The position numbers were made by a program, and so were the translations under genes. Shown in pieces: positions 1 to 6,284 of a DNA stretch of 26,098 bases; position 1 is the stretch's first letter, and every line of letters begins with the position of its first letter. The stretch is from positions 1 through 26,098 of IMG/VR virus record IMGVR_UViG_3300044621_000985; one strand, 5' to 3'. Below the pieces are notes generated by a model. The model worked only from the letters and a program-made list of their open reading frames with translations, made no database searches and was not told where the DNA came from. The stretch is from a virus (taxonomy: Duplodnaviria; Caudoviricetes).

Positions 1-99
1 ACATACCTTAATGATTGAAATGATTGAGGAAATCGACGAACAACGTGAGTCGATATGGGGTAGCGAACGAGCGAAGCGAGTGAGCGTAGGGGGAGCGAC

Positions 100-119
100 G
101 GGGAGGTGACTACCTCCCC
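100..119. other. Perfect hairpin GGGGAGGT-gact-ACCTCCCC (8-bp stem, 4-nt loop)
   Basis: 100-107 is the exact reverse complement of 112-119. No U-tract follows on either strand, so it is not a classic intrinsic terminator. Confidence 0.6.
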
Positions 120-185
120 TAGCGGGGGGCTGAGCGCGAGGCAAGCGGGTTGCGCAGCTGTCGGGACGTGCGCCTACGCGCCGCG

Positions 186-301
186 CTAGCTGCTCCGCCT
201 GGCGCTCCGCCTAGCTCGGCCAAGCTCGGCCAAGCTCGGCCTAGGCTCGGCCTAGGCTCGCCTAGCTCCGCCCGGCGCTAGCTCCGCGGCGAGGCGGCTA
301 G
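186..301. repeat. Imperfect ~10-bp tandem repeat array, consensus C(T/A)A(G)GCTC(G/C)GC
   Basis: Units CTAGCTCGGC 211, CAAGCTCGGC 221 and 231, CTAGGCTCGGC 241, CTAGGCTCGC 252, CTAGCTCCGC 262 and 278, with degenerate copies at 186-210 and 298. Confidence 0.9.
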
Positions 302-321
302 GCGCACTGGCCAGCCCGCGC

Positions 322-430
322 GAGGCGAGGCAGGGGAGGCGAGGCGAGGCGACTCTACACACGCGCGCGCAGGCAGGCAGGCGCACGCGAGCACGCAGGC
401 GAGCACGCAGGCGCACGCGCGGGCACGGGG
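322..430. repeat. Low-complexity short repeats (GAGGC x5, AGGC x3, GCGAGCACGCAG x2)
   Basis: GAGGC at 322, 327, 336, 341, 346; AGGC x3 at 371-382; 12-mer tandem at 387-410. Confidence 0.8.
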
Positions 431-512
431 GTGCATGTGACACGCGAGGACGGGGGGCCATGGCAAACCCCTTCCTCTCCATATCCTCTGCACAGCTTTT
501 CTACCTCTCCTC

Positions 513-540
513 TTGCGCTATCCGCAATGCTGTGTAGATT
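513..540 (+). promoter_or_regulatory. Putative sigma70-type promoter with overlapping palindrome
   Basis: TTGCGC (513-518), 16-nt spacer, TAGATT (535-540), 20 nt upstream of ATG 561. TTGCG-N5-CGCAA palindrome at 513-527. SD AAGGAG at 547-552. Confidence 0.5.
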
Positions 541-560
541 CGGCGAAAGGAGAGCAAGCA

Positions 561-734
561 ATGCTGACACTGGAGCAAGTACGAGAGCGGTTGCAGGACC
601 GGAGGCTGGGGAAGGTAGCGGAGGCGACGGGGCTGTGTGCGGCGACGGTATCGCGGATACGGGATGGGAAGGGGGAGCCGAGTTTGAAGACGATGATGGC
701 GCTGTCGGCGTACTTGGAGAGGGCAGAGCGATGA
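561..734 (+). CDS. Cro/C1(XRE)-type helix-turn-helix DNA-binding protein, 57 aa
   Basis: MLTLEQVRERLQDRRLGKVAEATGLCAATVSRIRDGKGEPSLKTMMALSAYL fits the XRE HTH pattern (vA..tGl...tvsri..G...Ps..t...l). Strong SD before ATG 561, so start shortened from the ORF track's 513. Confidence 0.85.
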   Translation: MLTLEQVRERLQDRRLGKVAEATGLCAATVSRIRDGKGEPSLKTMMALSAYLERAER

Positions 735-1009
735 GTGCTGGGGATGGGGTGGTGTGTGTGTACGCGGTGGTGGAGATGCCGATGAGCGGGGATGACCGGG
801 AGGAGGTGCACGGCACCTTTACGGACCTGGCGATGGCGATGGTGATGTTCAACACGCTGGTGGAGAAGCAGAGCGGGAGGTGCCGGTACTACACGGGCAG
901 TGACGTGTGCCGGGTGGAGCCGGAGGATGGGAGGGGCAGTGCGTATGCGGTGCAGAGGCTACCGCTGACCTGCCGTCCTGGGATGGCGGTGGTGGAGGTG
1001 CAGCGATGA
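731..1009 (+). CDS. Hypothetical protein, 92 aa
   Basis: ATGA overlap with both the upstream and downstream genes. C-terminal part of track ORF 431..1009. Confidence 0.7.
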   Translation: MSAGDGVVCVYAVVEMPMSGDDREEVHGTFTDLAMAMVMFNTLVEKQSGRCRYYTGSDVCRVEPEDGRGSAYAVQRLPLTCRPGMAVVEVQR

Positions 1010-1374
1010 GCCTCGCAGACCTTGGCCGCCGCGCGGTAGCCTGCAAGCACTGGCGCTGGATGCCGGGCATGTACTTGCTGCCGCACCTCGATGGATGCGA
1101 GTGCTGCGAGGACCGCAACTTCCCTCGTCGGGCAGCTCGCCTTCCTGCGGTCTTCACGACCGAGATTGACGTGCCCGACCTCTCCGACCCCGCGACGCTC
1201 GGGTGCTTGCTTCACCTGGTGCGGCAGGCGTATGGTGACCGTAGCTTGCAGCCAAATGATGCCGGTGAGCATGACATGCTGCATTGGCATGTGTTTATTG
1301 GGCCGCACTTTGCGTGCACGGGGCACGCGACGGAAGCCGAAGCTCTCGTTGCGGCGCTGGAGGCCGCACCCTGA
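1006..1374 (+). CDS. Phage hypothetical protein, 122 aa (W-x-W-M-P-G-M ... PDLSDPATLGCLL motif)
   Basis: ATGA overlap and SD GGAGG. The PDLxDPATLGCLLxLVRxA and TEAEALVAALEAAP motifs resemble a family I recall from uncultured phages; function unknown. Confidence 0.75.
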   Translation: MSLADLGRRAVACKHWRWMPGMYLLPHLDGCECCEDRNFPRRAARLPAVFTTEIDVPDLSDPATLGCLLHLVRQAYGDRSLQPNDAGEHDMLHWHVFIGPHFACTGHATEAEALVAALEAAP

Positions 1375-1649
1375 TGGCTGTCGCGGTGGACGAGACGGGC
1401 AAGCGCTACGGCCGGCTGACGGTCTTGGAGCGCTCGCATGTGCGGGACTACCGCAGGGCCGCTACCTGGCTCTGTGCGTGCGACTGCGGGGGCTACAAGA
1501 GCGTCGCCGGGGTTACCCTGCGGCAGGGGCTGGTGACGAGCTGTGGCTGCCTTCTAGAGGCGAAGAAGAGGGTCGTATGCGGCTGCGGGTATGTAGGCCC
1601 GCGGGGCAAGATGGACTGGCAGTGTCTTAGATGCAGGAGGAAGGGATGA
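1374..1649 (+). CDS. Cys-rich Zn-binding protein, 91 aa, like the N-terminal module of phage HNH/AP2 endonucleases
   Basis: GKRYGRLTVL...WLCACDCG...LRQGLVTSCGC plus a second CGCG...CLRC knuckle. TGATG overlap, SD GGAGG. Confidence 0.75.
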   Translation: MAVAVDETGKRYGRLTVLERSHVRDYRRAATWLCACDCGGYKSVAGVTLRQGLVTSCGCLLEAKKRVVCGCGYVGPRGKMDWQCLRCRRKG

Positions 1650-2254
1650 ACGCAGTAACCGAAGTGATGGACGAGCTTAGGAAGGCTTTGGCGCTTGTCG
1701 ACCAGCTTGGCAATGCACGCGACAAGGCCGAGTGTGAGCTGGCCGAGCTTCAGCGCAGGACGAGCGAGGCGCTGGCGCAGGCGGTCGAGTGGCAGCGCGA
1801 GCGCGACGAGGCACGGGATGCGCTCTTTCGCGCAGACCAGGACGCGCTACGCGTTGAGGAGGAGCGCGATCGCCTGCGCGATGAGCTAGCCGAAGCGAAC
1901 GCGCGTCGCGGCGACTTGCGTACGGCGCTACAGTGGGCGAATGAGGAGCGCGACCGGCTGCGCGAGCAGCTCGCCGCGAAGCACTCGGAGTGCCCCGACT
2001 GCGCCATGTACGCCGAGCGCAGCGCGCGATTCGCGGAGCAGGCGGACCAGCTCATGCGCGAGCGCGACGAAGCGCGCGAAGAGGCCGCCGTGCTCGCGGA
2101 TGACTTGTACAAAGCGAGGTTTGAGCGAGACGAAGCGCGCCGAGTGCTTTCCGAGATTCTAGCTCTGTGGCCATACCTAAACTGCGCGTGCGGGCGAAAC
2201 AAACCTAGGCTCAGTGAGGCACTGCGCGAAGCGGCGAAGAAGGCGACAACATGA
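1646..2254 (+). CDS. Coiled-coil hypothetical protein with ERDEAR / EERDRLR repeats, 202 aa
   Basis: ATGA overlaps at both ends. Heptad-like E/R/A/L-rich sequence with a CPDC motif. Confidence 0.8.
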   Translation: MNAVTEVMDELRKALALVDQLGNARDKAECELAELQRRTSEALAQAVEWQRERDEARDALFRADQDALRVEEERDRLRDELAEANARRGDLRTALQWANEERDRLREQLAAKHSECPDCAMYAERSARFAEQADQLMRERDEAREEAAVLADDLYKARFERDEARRVLSEILALWPYLNCACGRNKPRLSEALREAAKKATT

Positions 2255-2625
2255 TCGCGGGCTTCGATGTTGTGGACGCTCTCGCAGGCTTGTCAGAGGA
2301 CTTGCGTAGCGAGGGAGAATTCGTGTCACGGATTCACGATGCCGTGGAGAAATTGAAGCAAGAACGCGACGAGGCGCGCGCCGAGATCGCCACCCTCACC
2401 GCTGCCCTCGACGAGCGCGACGTGGAGGCTGAGCGCAGCCTTGAGCAGTACGAAAGCCTTGTGCGCGAGCGCGACGAAGCGCGGGCCGATGATGCCAACG
2501 CCTACCGCCGTGGGGCGGAGGCGATGCGGGAGGCGTGTGCGCGATGGATGTCGGAGCGGGAGGGCATCTCGCAGTGGGTCTATGACGATGCGCTGAGCGC
2601 CCTGCCGATCCCGGAGGAGCCATGA
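2251..2625 (+). CDS. Coiled-coil hypothetical protein, 124 aa
   Basis: ATGA overlaps. ERDEAR x2, AYRRGAEAMREACA, C-terminal ALPIPEEP. Confidence 0.8.
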   Translation: MIAGFDVVDALAGLSEDLRSEGEFVSRIHDAVEKLKQERDEARAEIATLTAALDERDVEAERSLEQYESLVRERDEARADDANAYRRGAEAMREACARWMSEREGISQWVYDDALSALPIPEEP

Positions 2626-2790
2626 AGATCACTCGCGAAGAGCTGCAAGCGATTGAAAACCACATGAGCAACATTCCAGCGGTTGCTGGCATGTACACGC
2701 CGGCTCTGGTCGCATGGTGCCGTGCCTTGCTAGACGAGCAGGACGCAGCCTACCGCCGTGGGGCGGAGGCGATGCGGGAGGCGTGTGCGC
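2500..2790 (+). repeat. 43-bp exact direct repeat (2500-2542 and 2748-2790)
   Basis: GCCTACCGCCGTGGGGCGGAGGCGATGCGGGAGGCGTGTGCGC in both places. Confidence 0.95.
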
Positions 2791-2876
2791 AGGCCATCCA
2801 TGGTGGCGGCCTCGTATGGACGCGAGAAAGCGCAGAGCGGTCGATCCGCGCCCTGCCGATTCCGGAGGAACCATGA
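2598..2876 (+). repeat. 28-bp near-identical direct repeat (2598-2625 and 2849-2876; 26/28) spanning gene end, SD and next start
   Basis: CGCCCTGCCGAT(C/T)CCGGAGGA(G/A)CCATGA. Confidence 0.9.
2622..2876 (+). CDS. Hypothetical protein, 84 aa, partial paralogue of the preceding gene
   Basis: ATGA overlap, SD GGAGG. Shares AYRRGAEAMREACA and ALPIPEEP with 2251..2625. Confidence 0.8.
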   Translation: MKITREELQAIENHMSNIPAVAGMYTPALVAWCRALLDEQDAAYRRGAEAMREACAQAIHGGGLVWTRESAERSIRALPIPEEP

Positions 2877-3073
2877 GCCGCGTCTTCCTCGTGGAGTGGC
2901 TCGACGTGCGGGCGTACATCCGTGCAGTGTCGAGAGACAAGGCAAAGATGCGCGCCATGCGCTCGGCCAGAGAGGCTGGCATGTGGCACCCTGGCCAGTC
3001 CCTTCGTGGCCTGCGCGTTGTCGAGGCCAGCTATGTTCCATCCGATGTTGCTGTCATGGATGGAGAACGATGA
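2873..3073 (+). CDS. Hypothetical protein, 66 aa
   Basis: MSRVFLVEWLDVRAYIRAVSRDKAK...; SD GGAGG and ATGA overlaps at both ends. Confidence 0.75.
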   Translation: MSRVFLVEWLDVRAYIRAVSRDKAKMRAMRSAREAGMWHPGQSLRGLRVVEASYVPSDVAVMDGER

Positions 3074-3678
3074 TGATCGACCTCGACGCAATCGAGCGCC
3101 GCGCGAACGCGGCAACGCCGGGGCCTTGGACGTATCACGATGGATGCGGATACGTTGAGGTTCCACCGTGTGGCGCAATTGAGTTCAAGCCAGGGTGGGA
3201 GCGCTCGGTGCATTTCCTTGCTCGCGTGCACAATAACCACGTCGAGGGCGAGGACGGCCTTGGATTTGACGGGGCCTTCATCGCCAACGCCCGCACCGAC
3301 GTACCCGCGTTGGTCGCTCGCGTGCGGGAGCTGGAGGCGGAGTGCGAGCGCACGCGCATCTTTGGCTCGCGTAAGTTCGCCGAGCTGCGCGCCGCCGACG
3401 TAGAGCAAATGCGCGGTTACGGACTGAGCTATGAGGGCGTGCGCAAGGTGCTCCGCGAGCACGACGACGGGGAGATCTCCTTCGGAAAGCTCATGGACCT
3501 GATTCGCGCCGCTGCGCGGGCGATGGCGGAGGACGAGTGCGCCGAGATGCGCGTCCTACTCGCCGACGCCCACCGCGAACTTGCCACCATTGAGGCTATC
3601 ACCGTCTCCCCGTCCGGCGTGGACGGGCTCATGGAACTTGTTAATCGCATTGGCCAAAAACTGGAGTCCAGCAAATGA
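3070..3678 (+). CDS. Ead/Ea22-like protein, 202 aa
   Basis: IDLDAIERRANAATPGPW and FIANARTDVPALVARVRELEAE match the ATPGPW ... FIAxAxxxVxxLLxxxxxLE signature of Ead/Ea22-like phage proteins. ATGA overlap at 3070. Confidence 0.7.
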   Translation: MMIDLDAIERRANAATPGPWTYHDGCGYVEVPPCGAIEFKPGWERSVHFLARVHNNHVEGEDGLGFDGAFIANARTDVPALVARVRELEAECERTRIFGSRKFAELRAADVEQMRGYGLSYEGVRKVLREHDDGEISFGKLMDLIRAAARAMAEDECAEMRVLLADAHRELATIEAITVSPSGVDGLMELVNRIGQKLESSK

Positions 3679-3917
3679 GCGGCTACTTCGCCATGACACC
3701 AACCATCATCGACAACGACGCGCGCAACCACAACGACGCAGGATGCTCCGTCAGCATCACGTTCGAGCCCGGGCACACCGACGACCGCGACCGCCCGTGC
3801 TTCGACGTGCTCGTGCTCGTGGACGACGAACGCATGGCGACGCTGACGCTGCACTACGAGGCCGCCATGGGGCTCGTGAAGGCGCTGAAGGGCGCGATGA
3901 AGGGTGACGAGGGATGA
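3675..3917 (+). CDS. Hypothetical protein, 80 aa
   Basis: ATGA overlaps at both ends; codon usage like the rest of the phage. Confidence 0.75.
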   Translation: MSGYFAMTPTIIDNDARNHNDAGCSVSITFEPGHTDDRDRPCFDVLVLVDDERMATLTLHYEAAMGLVKALKGAMKGDEG

Positions 3918-3979
3918 CCCCGCCTGACGAGATCGAGCGCGTCATCGTTGCGCGCGTGCGATGGGAGCGGCTGTCATGA
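3914..3979 (+). CDS. Micro-ORF, 21 aa (MTPPDEIERVIVARVRWERLS)
   Basis: Not in the ORF track. Starts in an ATGA overlap with the stop at 3917 and ends in an ATGA overlap with the start at 3976, exactly filling the gap. Confidence 0.5.
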   Translation: MTPPDEIERVIVARVRWERLS

Positions 3980-4191
3980 CCCGCCCCGACCTGGACGCCA
4001 TGTGCCCGGTGCGCATCGAAGTGTGGGACGACGATGCCAAGTGTTCAAGGATGCTGCATGGCACACTAAAAGTGCCCGCAGAGTGGATTGAGAAGATGCC
4101 GCCACTGATGATGCGAGACATCGTCATTGGTCCGGCGGCTGCGCTCCCGCCGGGTTCTCGGTGGGGAAACATGGGGGCCGATGAAACCTGA
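3976..4191 (+). CDS. Hypothetical protein, 71 aa
   Basis: MTRPDLDAMCPV...; SD GGAG at 3964 and ATGA overlap. Confidence 0.6.
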   Translation: MTRPDLDAMCPVRIEVWDDDAKCSRMLHGTLKVPAEWIEKMPPLMMRDIVIGPAAALPPGSRWGNMGADET

Positions 4192-4444
4192 CCTGGACGC
4201 CATCCGGGCGCGGCTGCTTCACCCAAACCTCACCGCAGAGGAGTTCGAGAGCATCATGGCGATTCTCGCGTGCATCGAGGAGCGAGAGAGCCCCACGACG
4301 TACACCGTGGGCGAGACCGAGTGGGCGCACCGCATCGCGGTCGCCGAGCAGCGGTTCGCGGACGAGTCCGACGCGCGCAAGGCCGCAGAGCGCGAGATCG
4401 CCGAGCTTAAGGCGCGCATCACCGTGCTGGAGGCCATGCGATGA
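4181..4444 (+). CDS. Hypothetical protein with C-terminal coiled coil, 87 aa
   Basis: MKPDLDAIRARL...EREIAELKARITVLE; ATGA overlap with the next gene. Confidence 0.7.
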   Translation: MKPDLDAIRARLLHPNLTAEEFESIMAILACIEERESPTTYTVGETEWAHRIAVAEQRFADESDARKAAEREIAELKARITVLEAMR

Positions 4445-4647
4445 GCTGGAAGTACAAACCCGACAACGCATGGCAGCGTCCCGGCGCCTCGCGCATCACG
4501 CGTGCGCACTGGTTCGAAGCCGATGCGCATTGGAGTCTCTGCGGGCGCGTGCCGCACGGCGACGGCTGGATCGACGACGTGGGCGGCGTGCGGAACGATT
4601 GCCGCGCGTGTGAGAAGCGCATCATGCGTTTGGAGGACATAGAGTAG
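4441..4647 (+). CDS. Small putative Zn-finger protein, 68 aa
   Basis: AHWF...SLCGR...CRACEK (His/Cys/CxxC arrangement); SD GGAGG. Confidence 0.7.
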   Translation: MSWKYKPDNAWQRPGASRITRAHWFEADAHWSLCGRVPHGDGWIDDVGGVRNDCRACEKRIMRLEDIE

Positions 4648-4649
4648 CC

Positions 4650-6284
4650 ATGGCCTACGAGCAGGATAAGCACCGCACCGCCGTCCAGCAGTCGCAAGAC
4701 CAGCGCATCAGGAAGCTGCGCGAGAACATCGCGGAGAAGCTGGAGAAGAGCCGCGTCAAGCTCGGCACCTTCGAAGACATGATGACGCACCCGATGGGCT
4801 TCGCGCTGACGACGGCCAGCCCCGTGCAGCGCGCCATCATGCGCGTTGCAGACGGTCGCGACATCGGCGACCTGTGGGGCCATCCTGCCGTCTCCCGCTG
4901 CTTCGGCGGCACGCTGCCCGCCTTCGAGGGCAGGCCGAAGGAGATTGCCCTGCTCGCAGGCATTCGCTGCGGCAAGTCGCTCCTCACCGCTGGCCTCGCC
5001 GTCTGGTGGACGCAGACCTGCTCCCTCGACCACCTTGGCCCAGGCGAGATTGCTCGCGTCAGCATCGTCTCGATCTCCAAAGACCTTGCCGAGGTCGTCT
5101 TCGGCCACGTCGTAGGCCGCGTCATGGCATCGCCCATCCTCAAGGGCCTCGTCATGGAAGACCCGACGAGCGACGAGATCGTGCTGCGTCACCCCACTGG
5201 AAGGCCCGTGCAGATTACCGTAGCCGCCGGCTCGCGCGCAGGCTCCTCGCTCGTGGCCCGCTGGTCTGCCGGCTGCATCTTCGACGAGTTCCCGCGTATG
5301 CTCGGCGAGGGCGAAGCCGTCGTCAACTGGGACGAACTGCGCCGCTCCGTCCTCATGCGCATGTGCCCTGGCTCCCAAGTAGCCAGTATCGGCTCGCCCT
5401 ACGCGCCCTACGGCCCCGCGTACAACGTCGTGAAGGAGCACTTTGGCAAGCCGTCGAGGAACATGGTCGTCGTCAAGGCTCCCGGCTGGGATATGAATCC
5501 CCACCTTTGGACGCCCAAGGCCGTTCGCGAGGCCGAGGAGCAAGACCCGCAAGCCTTCCGTACCGACGTCGCAGCCGAGTTCGCCCAGCCCGAAGAAGCA
5601 CTGGTCACTTCCGACGCCCTGGATGCCGCTGTACGGCCCGCTCCGCTCATCGAGGCACCAAAGCCCGGCGTCCAGTATAGCGCCGCTATTGACCCCGCTA
5701 CGCGCGGCAACGCCTGGACGCTTATCATCGCCTGCCAAGAAGGCGACAAGCGCCGCGTGGTACTCGCGAAGCAGTGGATCGGCACCCCGGCGCAGCCTCT
5801 CAGGCCAGGCCAGGTGCTCGCCGAGGTCGCCAAGCTATGCAAAGGCTACCGCGTCGGCGTCCTCGACAGCGACCAGTACTACGGCGACGCCCTTCGCGAC
5901 CTTGCCGCGCAGCAAAAGCTCGTCCTCATCGTCCACGCATGGAACGAACGCGAGAAACTGGCCAAGTTCCTGGCCTTGAAGACCATGTTCGAGCAGGGAA
6001 TGGTCGAGATTCCTGCGGATCCGACGCTTCGTGGCGACATCAGCCGCGTCCGCAAGGTGCTGCGAGGCTCCGGAGCGACCATTTCCTTCCCTCGCACCTC
6101 CGATGGGCGCCACTGCGACTACGCACCATGCCTTGCCATGGCTTTCGCGCGCTACTGGCAGCCCGACGACGAGATGAGCGAGGCTGCGGAGCACGTCCGC
6201 AAGCTCAGCGAGGAGGAACGCGACATGCTCAGGCGCATCATCGACCGTTCCAAGCCCCAGGAAGGATGGGGCTTCTCCTGGTAG
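4650..6284 (+). CDS. terL: Terminase large subunit
   Basis: Walker A-like AGIRCGKS (4956-4979), Walker B CIFDE (~5274-5288), coupling motif IGSP, RNase H-like AAIDPA and C-terminal DGRHCD. Sits immediately before the portal-sized gene. Confidence 0.9.
   Translation: MAYEQDKHRTAVQQSQDQRIRKLRENIAEKLEKSRVKLGTFEDMMTHPMGFALTTASPVQRAIMRVADGRDIGDLWGHPAVSRCFGGTLPAFEGRPKEIALLAGIRCGKSLLTAGLAVWWTQTCSLDHLGPGEIARVSIVSISKDLAEVVFGHVVGRVMASPILKGLVMEDPTSDEIVLRHPTGRPVQITVAAGSRAGSSLVARWSAGCIFDEFPRMLGEGEAVVNWDELRRSVLMRMCPGSQVASIGSPYAPYGPAYNVVKEHFGKPSRNMVVVKAPGWDMNPHLWTPKAVREAEEQDPQAFRTDVAAEFAQPEEALVTSDALDAAVRPAPLIEAPKPGVQYSAAIDPATRGNAWTLIIACQEGDKRRVVLAKQWIGTPAQPLRPGQVLAEVAKLCKGYRVGVLDSDQYYGDALRDLAAQQKLVLIVHAWNEREKLAKFLALKTMFEQGMVEIPADPTLRGDISRVRKVLRGSGATISFPRTSDGRHCDYAPCLAMAFARYWQPDDEMSEAAEHVRKLSEEERDMLRRIIDRSKPQEGWGFSW

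Noticed and set aside
2-109. Open frame from the window edge (..MIEMIEEIDEQRESIWGSERAKRVSVGGATGR*)
   Set aside because: Could be the 3' end of an upstream gene, but it is too short and truncated to support, and it overlaps the motif/hairpin region.
186-430. Repeat arrays as a CRISPR array, or as coding ORFs 252..482, 278..493 and 355..855 (-)
   Set aside because: Units are ~10 bp with no unique spacers; the ORFs are low-complexity translations of repeats or antisense shadows.
421-457. G-quadruplex from G3/G5/G6 tracts
   Set aside because: Only three well-separated tracts with a 20-nt loop; not a convincing four-tract motif.
2500-2790. 43-bp repeat as a DGR template/variable pair or att site
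   Set aside because: Copies are identical (no adenine-specific mismatches), both lie in coding frames, and no reverse transcriptase or integrase is in the window.
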